Shown: positions 53,301 to 61,445 of the stretch, piece after piece
Layout: every line of letters begins with the position of its first letter
Numbering within the stretch: the first letter of the stretch is position 1
From: an uncultured Chloroflexia bacterium
GTDB lineage: Bacteria > Chloroflexota > Limnocylindria > QHBO01
Length of the DNA stretch: 64,000 nt
NCBI GenBank assembly: GCA_963773695.1
Contig: CAVZCE010000007.1
Location: 71,325 to 135,324, forward strand
Direction: 5' to 3'
Notes under the pieces: generated by a model
What the model was told of the DNA's origin: nothing
The model's database searches: none
Seen by the model: only the letters and a program-made list of their open reading frames with translations
Position numbers and translations under genes: made by a program

Positions 53301-53751
53301 CTCCCGCGGCGCCATCGGATCCTGCGCCGGTGAGGATGACGGCGATCAGCCCCTCGCCGTAGGCTTCGGCGGCGGAGTCCAGGGCTCCGTCGACCGACGG
53401 CCGCGGACTCGTCCTCGGCGCATCGCCGGGGCCCTGACGCACCCTCCGGGCACGAATCTCGTGGTCGCCGATGACGACCTCGCGGTCGGCGGGGATGACG
53501 AAGATGACCCCCGGATCGAGCCGCTCGCGGGCGGCGACGATCCTGATCGGAAGCCGGGTGCGACGCTGGAGGATCTGCGCAAGGTGGCTCTCGCGCCGCG
53601 GATCGAGGTGCTGGACGACGACGATCGGCGCCCGAAAGTCGAGGGGCAGCGTCGATACGAGCTCGCCGAGTGCATCGATTCCACCCGCCGAGGAACCGAT
53701 GACGACGAGGTGCTCGACGTCGTCCTGATCAGTCGATGAGGAAAGATTCAT
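50388..53751 (-). CDS. CheB methylesterase / CheR methyltransferase / PAS / coiled-coil / histidine kinase hybrid; reading frame broken by an apparent 1-nt insertion near 51048
   Basis: Frame A (53751 down to about 51040): CheB catalytic domain without REC (VVIGSSAGGIDAL...), CheR (FFRDP...SAGCATGEEAYSLA), PAS, NEEL heptad repeats, then H-box SHELRTP; frame B (51038..50388): the rest of HisKA plus HATPase_c (MTAYLELLE...GLGLGLFIARSIAEAHEGTISVDSQPGEGTTFTV). Deleting the base at 51048 restores SHELRTPLTGVTAYLELLE. Confidence 0.7.
51519..51654 (-). repeat. tandem roughly 42-nt coding repeats giving NEEL(Q/E)xxNEEL heptads in the CheBR-HK hybrid
   Basis: Direct repeats of ctcctcgttgagggtctc(c/g)a(g/c)ctcctcg...gcctgcag encode ...ETLNEELQATNEELETLNEELQATVEELNTTNDDLE... 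Confidence 0.5.
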
Positions 53752-53823
53752 GCCACCCGCCTCCGCCCGTGTTCCCCGTCCGCGCGGCATGGTCGCATTC
53801 TTGCACACGCCCGCACGGCTGCA

Positions 53824-54816
53824 ATGGAACAGCCATCCGCCGCGGGGCGGGTCGTCGTCGTGGGGGGATCTGCCGGCTCGATCGAGCCGCTCAGGACGAT
53901 CCTCGGCGGACTCCCGCCGGACTTCCCGGCAGCGCTCCTCGTCGTCGTCCACGGCTCGTCGGGGACCGGCTCGCTGCCGCGCGTCCTGGCGACCGCCGGG
54001 TCCCTCCCGGCCGAGTTCGCCGCCGACGGTACGGCCATCCGTCCGGGTCGCGTCTTCGTGGGAGTCCCGGACCGACACCTGATCCTCCAGGACGGCGTCA
54101 TGCGTCTCAGTCCCGGGGCGCGCGTGAACCACGCCCGGCCGGCGGTTGACCCGCTCTTCCAGAGCGCCGCCCTGGCGCACGGTCCGGGGGTCATCGGCGT
54201 CGTGCTCTCCGGGAGCCTCGACGACGGGAGCGCGGGGCTTGCGGCGATCAGGCGACACGGGGGCATCGCGATCGTCCAGGACCCCGACGAAGCGACCTTC
54301 TCGGGAATGCCGCGCTCCGCCGCGGTCCACGCGGACCCCGCCCACGTCCTGCCGGCCGGCGAGATCCCCGACCTCCTCGTGCGGATCGTCTCGGCGGCCC
54401 CGACCGACCGCGACGGGGCCCTCGCCTTCCGTTGCCGGATCGGGCACAGCTACACGGCACGCCATTTGCTGGACGCACAGGGCGACGAGGTGGAGAATGG
54501 TCTCTGGCAGGCGTTTCGGGCGCTCGAGGAGCAGGCCGAATTGGCACGCACCTTGGGGAACACCGCCAGGATCGAGGGCCGTACGAGCGCGGCGAATCGG
54601 TTCGACGAGCAGGAACGCGTTGCACGGAAACGGGCCGAGATGATCCGAGCGATCCTTGAACAGGCCGCGTGCGTTGCCGCCGCGGCATCCCGCGACCTCC
54701 GGCAGGGAGGGAATGGCGAATGGCACCTGACGATCGCGAGGGCGCAGTGCCGGCCGCGCGGCTCGTCGTCGTGGACGACGACCAGGCGACCCTCGACCTC
54801 ATGCACGAGATCCTGA
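53824..54816 (+). CDS. CheB-type protein-glutamate methylesterase catalytic domain, stand-alone (no receiver domain), with a C-terminal helical extension
   Basis: 330-aa ORF; GGSAGS...VVVHGS...RPAVDPLFQSAA...VLSGSLDDGSAG...GGIAIVQDP matches the CheB_methylest fold; 3' end uncertain because it overlaps the next gene by about 97 nt. Confidence 0.7.
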   Translation: MEQPSAAGRVVVVGGSAGSIEPLRTILGGLPPDFPAALLVVVHGSSGTGSLPRVLATAGSLPAEFAADGTAIRPGRVFVGVPDRHLILQDGVMRLSPGARVNHARPAVDPLFQSAALAHGPGVIGVVLSGSLDDGSAGLAAIRRHGGIAIVQDPDEATFSGMPRSAAVHADPAHVLPAGEIPDLLVRIVSAAPTDRDGALAFRCRIGHSYTARHLLDAQGDEVENGLWQAFRALEEQAELARTLGNTARIEGRTSAANRFDEQERVARKRAEMIRAILEQAACVAAAASRDLRQGGNGEWHLTIARAQCRPRGSSSWTTTRRPSTSCTRS

Positions 54817-55217
54817 GCGGGGATGGCTACGACGTCCGCTGCTTGCCGTCGGTGTCGGCGGACCTCCGCGAGATCGTCGCCGCCGCGCCCCATCTGCTGA
54901 TCGTGGACCTGCTGCTGAGCGACGAGGGCCGGGACCTGTCGGGATGGGACCTGGTACGCCTCGTCAAGTCGCATCGCGCGCTCACCCGTGTCCAGATCCT
55001 GGTCGTCTCCGCGGACTACCCGACCCTGCGCAGCCACATCGCGGAGGCGGCGGAGATGGACGGCGTGCGGCTCCTGACCAAGCCGTTCTCTCTCGACAGC
55101 CTCTCGGTGCTCGTCCGCGATGCACTGCGCGAGGGAGGGTGGCTCGAGCCCGAGCCGGCGCCGCTGGTCGCGCGGATCCCGCCCCCGCCGCCTCCGCGCT
55201 CCAGGCGGGCATCGTGA
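54720..55217 (+). CDS. single-domain response regulator (CheY-like receiver only)
   Basis: 165 aa; LVVVDDDQATLDLMHEILSGDGYDV...LLIVDLLL(S/D)...KP, a receiver-domain pattern with the phospho-acceptor Asp in LIVDLLL. Confidence 0.75.
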   Translation: MAPDDREGAVPAARLVVVDDDQATLDLMHEILSGDGYDVRCLPSVSADLREIVAAAPHLLIVDLLLSDEGRDLSGWDLVRLVKSHRALTRVQILVVSADYPTLRSHIAEAAEMDGVRLLTKPFSLDSLSVLVRDALREGGWLEPEPAPLVARIPPPPPPRSRRAS

Positions 55218-55594
55218 ACCGGCGGTCGCAGGCCAGGGCTGTCCGGGCGCTCATCGTGGAGCAGCGCCGGGTGACCCTCCGAACCCGGACGATCAGCGTC
55301 ACCCTGGTCTCCGCGCTCGACGACTATGCCAGGCAGACCGCCGCGGCGCAGCCGGACGACGAGGCGCAGCTCCACCTGCGGCGCCTGTGGTGCGAACGCG
55401 CCCTGCAGATGCTGCAGGACGTGCGCGCCAGCAGCATGCGTGCCCGAGAGGTGGCGCGGACCGTCGCGGCGGCGATCGACGCGCGGGGCGATGTCGTCGA
55501 CCTGAGCGAGCTGGAGGACGCGAGCCGCGAGGCGGACGTCTCGGTCGAGCGCGCGGAGAAGACCGCGCAGGAGTGGCTCCGGCTGGTCAGCTGA
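55214..55594 (+). CDS. hypothetical alpha-helical protein, translationally coupled to the response regulator (GTGA overlap)
   Basis: 126 aa from GTG at 55214; no recognisable domain; ends 26 nt before the convergent ftsA stop. Confidence 0.4.
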   Translation: MNRRSQARAVRALIVEQRRVTLRTRTISVTLVSALDDYARQTAAAQPDDEAQLHLRRLWCERALQMLQDVRASSMRAREVARTVAAAIDARGDVVDLSELEDASREADVSVERAEKTAQEWLRLVS

Positions 55595-55620
55595 CCGAGC
55601 CGGGACGGGTCGGCGAGGGG

Positions 55621-56859
55621 TCAGCCGGGGAAGAGACCCCGGAACCAGTCCACGACGCGGCCGACCCCCGAACCCAGCGACGGTCCCGGGGTGTAGCCGA
55701 TCGGCTCGTCGCCGAGGTGCTCGGCGCCCCAGAGCAGCAGACCGATGGGGGTCGAGAAGGCGGGATTCGAGAGCTGGTCCATCAGCCCTCCCACGCCCTG
55801 GGGCGACCCGATGCGCACCGGCATGTTCAGGACCTCCCGAGCGAGCTCGGCGGCTCCGGCAAGGCGCGCGCCACCGCCGGTGAGCACCGCGCCGGCGGGG
55901 AGCATACCCGCGTGGCCGGAGCGCTTCACCTCCTCCGCGATGAGCGAGTAGATCTCCCCCATGCGCGCCTCGATCACCTCCGACAGGCGCCGGCGCTGGA
56001 TCGTCTGCCCGGCCTCTTCGCCCAGGACCGCCACGCTGAGCAGCTCCTCCGGCTGGACGTCCGCGAGGTTGGCGGTCCCGTGCTTGATCTTGATCTCCTC
56101 GGCGAGGTTCAGGCTCGTGCGCAGGCCGATCGCCACGTCATTCGTGACGTTGATCCCGCCGACCGGCAGGACCGCGGAATGGTAGATGGCGCCATCGACG
56201 AAGATCGCGATGTCCGTGGTCCCGCCGCCGATATCGGCCACGAGGACCCCCAGGTCCTTCTCCGTGTCGGTGAGGACCGCCTCGGCCGCGGCCAGCGAGC
56301 CGATCACCAGCTCGTCGATCTGGACGCTCGCGCTGGTGATGCACTTCGTCAGGTTCTGCACCGACGTCGCGGCGCCGGCGACGATGTGGGTCTCCACCTC
56401 GAGGCGCACGGCGCTCATCCCCAGCGGATCCTTGATCCCGTCCTGCCCGTCGACGATGAAGCCGCGCGGGATGACGTGGAGCAGCTCCCGGTTCGAGGGG
56501 ACCTGGATGGCCTTGGCGGCATCGGTCGCGCGCGCGACATCCTCGCGGCTCACCTCGCGCTTGTGCCCGGAGACCGCGACCACGCCCCGGCTGTTCTGGC
56601 TCGTGATGTGGCTCCCGCCCACGCTGACGAAGGCGGAGCTGATCTTGTAGCCGGAGAGGCGCTCGGCCTTCTCGATGCTCTGGGCGACCGAGTTCACGGT
56701 CTGGTCGATGTTGGCGACCATGCCCTTCTTCATCCCGACCGACGGACCGATGCCGTAGCCGATGATGTTGATGTCGCCGGTGCGGCCGACCTCGCCGATG
56801 AGCGTCGTCACCTTGGTCGTGCCGGCGTCGATGCCGACGAGGACCGTTTCCCTGTCCAA
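55621..56859 (-). CDS. ftsA: cell-division protein FtsA (actin-like ATPase)
   Basis: 412 aa; MDRETVLVGIDAGTTKV..., DIGGGTTDIAIF, GGGARL motifs. Confidence 0.9.
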   Translation of the reverse strand: MDRETVLVGIDAGTTKVTTLIGEVGRTGDINIIGYGIGPSVGMKKGMVANIDQTVNSVAQSIEKAERLSGYKISSAFVSVGGSHITSQNSRGVVAVSGHKREVSREDVARATDAAKAIQVPSNRELLHVIPRGFIVDGQDGIKDPLGMSAVRLEVETHIVAGAATSVQNLTKCITSASVQIDELVIGSLAAAEAVLTDTEKDLGVLVADIGGGTTDIAIFVDGAIYHSAVLPVGGINVTNDVAIGLRTSLNLAEEIKIKHGTANLADVQPEELLSVAVLGEEAGQTIQRRRLSEVIEARMGEIYSLIAEEVKRSGHAGMLPAGAVLTGGGARLAGAAELAREVLNMPVRIGSPQGVGGLMDQLSNPAFSTPIGLLLWGAEHLGDEPIGYTPGPSLGSGVGRVVDWFRGLFPG

Positions 56860-56906
56860 GCTGCCTCCTGATCGCGCGTCCCGAGGGCGCTAGAGATGAT
56901 TCGACC

Positions 56907-57230
56907 TTACAGGAAGTGGCGCCGGATCAGCGCCACGTTTTGGAAGATGCGCAGCCCGAAGGCGAAGAGGGCGACCAGGTACAGGTCGATCCCCAGACGA
57001 TCCCCCACGAACGTCAGCAGGACCGCGACAAACGCATTCGTCACGAAGCCGGAGAGGAAGACCCGGTTGTCGTAGTGGGCATCGAGCTCGGCCCGCACCG
57101 CCCCCAGCACGGAGTCGAGCCCGGCCAGGATCCCGACAGCGCTGTAGCGCGCCAGGTCGGGACTGACGTTGACGCCAAAGATGAGCCCGAGTGCGACGCC
57201 GACCGCAAGGCCGACCAAAGGAAGCCACAT
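56907..57230 (-). CDS. sbp: small basic membrane protein (DUF1290, Sbp/YlxX-like) between ftsQ and ftsA
   Basis: 107 aa, two TM helices; position and size match the Firmicute sbp gene. Confidence 0.5.
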   Translation of the reverse strand: MWLPLVGLAVGVALGLIFGVNVSPDLARYSAVGILAGLDSVLGAVRAELDAHYDNRVFLSGFVTNAFVAVLLTFVGDRLGIDLYLVALFAFGLRIFQNVALIRRHFL

Positions 57231-57275
57231 CAGGGACGGTACCGATAACCGCAGGATGGGGACCGCGGGCCGACC

Positions 57276-58232
57276 TCAGCATGTGCCCTCGCCGCCCCGG
57301 CCGTTCGGCCGCCAATATACCTTCCCCGGGTTGCGGGCATCCAGCCAGCCGACCGAGCTCTCGCGCTCGTTCGCGAAGAGCGTCCGCACCGCCGCGACCT
57401 GGTCCGCGATCCGGGCGGCGCGCGCCTGCGCGTCGCCGGCCTCGAGCTCGTAGGAACCGAAGACCGCGGTCCAGGTGCCCGACGGCCGCGGCCGCAGGAG
57501 GTACCCGCAGACGTCGTCGATGCTCACGCCCACCGAGCGTGCGCTCGAGCCCAGCGCGGCCGGCACGATGGCCCGCAGCTCCAGCGCGGTCGCCAGGGCG
57601 TCGGCGGGGATGCGGTCGCCCGCCGCGATCGCCAGCGACGCGCCCCGCTCGTCCACGATGCCGGGCAGGCTCGCCAGCGACTTCGGGAGCGGGCCCGACA
57701 GCGGCTCGACGCCGATGACGGTCCCGTCCGCGGCGACGACGAGGTGCGCCGCGCGGGTGGTCCACACGAACGCCGGGGCCTTCTCCGCGAGCTGGACGGA
57801 CAGGCCGCTCGGGAAGCGCGTCTCGACCCGGGCCGAGGCGACCGCGGGGAGCGCGCTCAGCCGCTCGGCGACCGCCCCGGCGTCGACGGCCAGCAGGCTC
57901 GTGCCGCGCAGCGGATCGAGGAGCGCCCCGATGCGCTGGTCGGACGTGTAGTGCGCGCCGGTCCAGGCGACGGTGGAGACACGCAGCCACGGGCCGTCGA
58001 CGAGCATCAGGAGCGCGGCCGCCAGGCCCACGGCGAGGAGGGACGCGAGGATTCGACCGCCGGTCGTTCCGCCCCGCAGGCGGGGGACGCGCAGGTGTGG
58101 TCCGCGCCGGCGGGCATGGGGGCCGCTCCCCCGCCGGGGGCGCGCGGCCGGCGGGCGGCTCCTCGGGGGACGTGCCCGGTCGGGAACGGCCGGGGCTGCT
58201 CCTCGCGCAGTCGGGGCGCGCTTCACCTTCAC
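57276..58232 (-). CDS. ftsQ: cell-division protein FtsQ/DivIB (POTRA domain)
   Basis: About 318 aa from GTG at 58230-58232 (overlaps the ddl stop); basic N-terminus, one TM helix, POTRA and FtsQ-type domain; the longer track ORF is antisense/overlap artefact. Confidence 0.75.
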   Translation of the reverse strand: MKVKRAPTARGAAPAVPDRARPPRSRPPAARPRRGSGPHARRRGPHLRVPRLRGGTTGGRILASLLAVGLAAALLMLVDGPWLRVSTVAWTGAHYTSDQRIGALLDPLRGTSLLAVDAGAVAERLSALPAVASARVETRFPSGLSVQLAEKAPAFVWTTRAAHLVVAADGTVIGVEPLSGPLPKSLASLPGIVDERGASLAIAAGDRIPADALATALELRAIVPAALGSSARSVGVSIDDVCGYLLRPRPSGTWTAVFGSYELEAGDAQARAARIADQVAAVRTLFANERESSVGWLDARNPGKVYWRPNGRGGEGTC

Positions 58233-59386
58233 GGCTCGCGCTCCTCGCCGGCGCGGTCGCGCGCCTCCTCGGCGCTCTCCAGGCCCAGCTCCACGAGGCG
58301 GGCGATGAGCTCCCCGAAGGAGAGGCCGGCCAGCTGCGCCTGCTTCGGGTACATGCTCGTCTCGGTGAATCCCGGCAGGGTGTTCATCTCGCTGATGTAC
58401 AGGTCGCCATCGGCCAGGAGGAAGTCGACGCGCGCCAGACCCGCCGCGTCGACGGCACGGTAGGCCGACAGCGCCAGCTCGCGGACCCGCGCGGCCAGCA
58501 GCGGGTCCAGGTCCGCGCGCGGGATGACATCGGCCAGCCCGTCCACGTACTTCGCCTCGTAGTCGTACCACTCGTGGTGGCTGCGGACCTCGCCCGGCTC
58601 GAAGGCGACCGGATCGTCGTTCCCGAGGACGCCGCACTCGAGCTCGCGGGGATGCTCAAGGTACCGCTCCACGATCACCTTGCTGTCGAACCGGAACGCC
58701 TCGTCGAGCGCGTCCGGCAGCTCGCTCGACGCGCGGACGAGGGTCATCCCCACGCTGCTGCCGAGGCGCGCCGGCTTGACGACGCACCGCTCCCCGACCG
58801 CCGCCAGCGCGTCGCGCAGGACCCGCTCCGGGGCGCGCCGCCAGGTCCCGCGCCGGAACCAGGTGGAGTCCACGACCGGCAGGCCGTGCCCGCGCATGAG
58901 GTCCTTGAAGACGACCTTGTCCATCGCGACCGCGCTCGCCAGCACCCCCGCGCCGGTGTACGGAATGCCTGCCATTTCCAGGAACCCCTGGAGGGTCCCG
59001 TCCTCTCCGAACGGGCCGTGGACGACGAGGAACGCGATGTCGATCGCCTCTGCCAGCGAGTGCAGCGCCTGGCGCGAGTCGAGGGCGCTCGCGTCGCGGC
59101 CCGCCGGCACCGGGAGGCCGGCGTGCTCCCGGAGCCGGACCGCCTGCGTCGTCGGCGTCTCCACGCCCAGGATCCCGGCCAGCGAGCCGTCGCCGAGCTC
59201 GGGGGCCGGCCCGGCCGGGAGATGCCAGCGACCGTCGCGGTCGATGAAGATCAGGTACGGATCGAAGCGCTCGCGGTCGATGGCGCGCAGCACGGCCTCC
59301 GCGGAGCTGATGCTCACCTCGTGCTCCGCCGAGCGACCCCCGGCGAAGATGCCGACCCGCAGCCGGCGCGGCGGTCCGTCTGCCAT
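58229..59386 (-). CDS. ddl: D-alanine--D-alanine ligase
   Basis: 385 aa; ATP-grasp fold; EVSISSAEAV and ISEMNTLPGFT motifs. Confidence 0.9.
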   Translation of the reverse strand: MADGPPRRLRVGIFAGGRSAEHEVSISSAEAVLRAIDRERFDPYLIFIDRDGRWHLPAGPAPELGDGSLAGILGVETPTTQAVRLREHAGLPVPAGRDASALDSRQALHSLAEAIDIAFLVVHGPFGEDGTLQGFLEMAGIPYTGAGVLASAVAMDKVVFKDLMRGHGLPVVDSTWFRRGTWRRAPERVLRDALAAVGERCVVKPARLGSSVGMTLVRASSELPDALDEAFRFDSKVIVERYLEHPRELECGVLGNDDPVAFEPGEVRSHHEWYDYEAKYVDGLADVIPRADLDPLLAARVRELALSAYRAVDAAGLARVDFLLADGDLYISEMNTLPGFTETSMYPKQAQLAGLSFGELIARLVELGLESAEEARDRAGEEREP

Positions 59387-60321
59387 CAGTCCGTCACCTC
59401 CACGCCGGCCCAGTCACCGACGAACTCGATCTCGTACTCGAGCGTCACGCCGAAGCGCTCCGCCACCACCCGGCGCACGTGGTCCCCCACCGCGCGCACG
59501 TCGGCCGCCGATCCGCCGCGGTCGCTCACGATGAAGTTGGCGTGCTTGGTCGAGACGCTGGCGGAGCCGATGCGAAACCCCTTGAGGCCGGCGGCGTCCG
59601 CGAGCCGCCCGGCGTAGTCCCCCGGCGGGTTGCGGAAGACGCTTCCGGCATTCTGGTCCGCGAGCGGCTGCGTCTCCAGGCGCTGCGCCTGGTGCGCGCC
59701 GACCTGCGCCGCGATGGCCCCGGGGTCGCCCTCCGCCAGGTCGAGCGCGGCGGAAAGGACGAGCTCGCCCGAATGCTTGAACCGGGACTCGCGATAGCCG
59801 AAGGCACAGTCCTCCGCCCCGAGCTCGATCGGCTCATCCGCGTCCGGCGCCCAGGCGGTCACGCTGCGAACCACGTCGCGCATCTCCCGCCCGTGCGCGC
59901 CGGCGTTCGCCCACACGGCTCCGCCGAGCGTGCCCGGGATGCTGATGCCGAACTCGAGGCCGGTCAGCCCGGCGCCCGCACAGCGCCTGACGAGCATGGC
60001 CATGGCGGCGCCGGCATCGGCGCGCAGGCGGGTCCCCTCGATCACCGCCCGGCGCGCCCGGTTCCGCACCACCAGCCCGCGCATGCCGGCATCGGCCACC
60101 ACCACGTCGCTCCCGTTCCCGAGGATGAAGACCGGGACCTCCGCGTCGCGCCCCAGGCGCAGCGCAGCGAGCAGGGTTGCGCCGTCCCGCGCCACCACGA
60201 GACGGTCGGCCGGGCCGCCGACCCGCAGGGTGGTGAGCGACGCCATCGGGACGTCGCGCTCCAGCACCATGCCGCGAGCGCCCGCGAGGGCATCGAGCCG
60301 GGAGAGATCGGGACGGCTCAT
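59386..60321 (-). CDS. murB: UDP-N-acetylenolpyruvoylglucosamine reductase
   Basis: 311 aa from ATG at 60319-60321; FAD-binding LGNGSD..., MurB C-terminal domain; ATGA overlap with ddl. Confidence 0.85.
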   Translation of the reverse strand: MSRPDLSRLDALAGARGMVLERDVPMASLTTLRVGGPADRLVVARDGATLLAALRLGRDAEVPVFILGNGSDVVVADAGMRGLVVRNRARRAVIEGTRLRADAGAAMAMLVRRCAGAGLTGLEFGISIPGTLGGAVWANAGAHGREMRDVVRSVTAWAPDADEPIELGAEDCAFGYRESRFKHSGELVLSAALDLAEGDPGAIAAQVGAHQAQRLETQPLADQNAGSVFRNPPGDYAGRLADAAGLKGFRIGSASVSTKHANFIVSDRGGSAADVRAVGDHVRRVVAERFGVTLEYEIEFVGDWAGVEVTD

Positions 60322-61445
60322 GGTTCGGCCCTCGCCAGCGAGGGGAGCGGCCGTCGCTCCGCCATGGCGAGGAGCTCCTCGGCGATCGTGCGAGCCGCCT
60401 CCGGCCGCCCGATCCGGCGTGCAGCCGCCGCCATCGGCGCCCGCGCCTCCGCGGGGCACAGGCGGGCCGCCTCCGCCGCCAGGCGTTCCCCGGAGAGCTC
60501 CTCGTCTCGAACGACCACCGCGGCGCCCTGCTCGGCGAGCCAGGCCGCGTTCGCCGCCTGGTGCGAGCCCGCGTACGGATACGGCACGAGAATCGAGGCA
60601 ACCCCGGCCGCGGCGACCTCGGCGCAGGTCGACGAGCCGGCCCGGCCGACGACGAGGTCGGCCGCGACCAGCGCCTCGGCCATCCCGTCGGTGATGAACG
60701 GTTCGGGGCGGTAGCGCTCGCGGAGCCCCTCCGCCAGCGCCGCCCGGGCGGCCCGCGCCTCCGGCAGCCCGCGCTCGCCGGCTACGTGGAGGATGTGCCA
60801 GTCCGCGGCGATGGCGGGGAGCGTCGCGAGGAGCGCGGTGTTGAGCGTCGTCACTGCCTGCGAGCCGCCGAAGACGAGCATCAGGCGACCGTCCTCCGGG
60901 ACGCCCAGCGCCGACCGGGCCGCCGCGCGGTCGATCCCGGCCAGGGTGCGGATCGGGGTGCCGGACACGAAGGCTCGATCCGGGAAGGCCGCGAGGGTCG
61001 GCGCGAAGGAGACCGCGACGCGGGTGGCGACCCGGCCGATGGCGCGTGTCGAGCGGCCCGGGACCACGTTGCCCTCCCAGACCAGGGTGGGGATGCCGCG
61101 GGAGCGTGCGGCGAGGACGAGGGGCATCGCCAGGTACCCCCCCGTGCTGAAGATGGCGGCCGGCCGCAGCCGTCCCAGCAGCCACCAGGCCTGCGGCGCG
61201 CTGAGGACGACCCGCACCGGGTCCAGGACCAGGTGCGCATCGCGGCCGGCGCTGCGAAGCGACCGCACCGCCAGCTGGTGGTACGGCAGCACGCCGGTGT
61301 CGCCCACGAGCCTGCGCTCCAGGCCCCGGACGCCGCCGATGTAGCTCAGCTCAAGGTCGGGCCGCGCGTCGCGCAGAGCCCTGGCGACGGCCAGCGCGGG
61401 GTAGATGTGCCCGCCTGTCCCGCCGCCCGACACCGAACACCGCAT
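60318..61445 (-). CDS. murG: UDP-N-acetylglucosamine--N-acetylmuramyl-(pentapeptide) pyrophosphoryl-undecaprenol N-acetylglucosamine transferase
   Basis: 375 aa; SGGGTGGHIYPALAVA N-terminal motif. Confidence 0.9.
   Translation of the reverse strand: MRCSVSGGGTGGHIYPALAVARALRDARPDLELSYIGGVRGLERRLVGDTGVLPYHQLAVRSLRSAGRDAHLVLDPVRVVLSAPQAWWLLGRLRPAAIFSTGGYLAMPLVLAARSRGIPTLVWEGNVVPGRSTRAIGRVATRVAVSFAPTLAAFPDRAFVSGTPIRTLAGIDRAAARSALGVPEDGRLMLVFGGSQAVTTLNTALLATLPAIAADWHILHVAGERGLPEARAARAALAEGLRERYRPEPFITDGMAEALVAADLVVGRAGSSTCAEVAAAGVASILVPYPYAGSHQAANAAWLAEQGAAVVVRDEELSGERLAAEAARLCPAEARAPMAAAARRIGRPEAARTIAEELLAMAERRPLPSLARAEP

Noticed and set aside
55120-56871. 583-aa plus-strand ORF
   Set aside because: Antisense to ftsA, which has unambiguous actin-fold motifs. 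Low-complexity translation.
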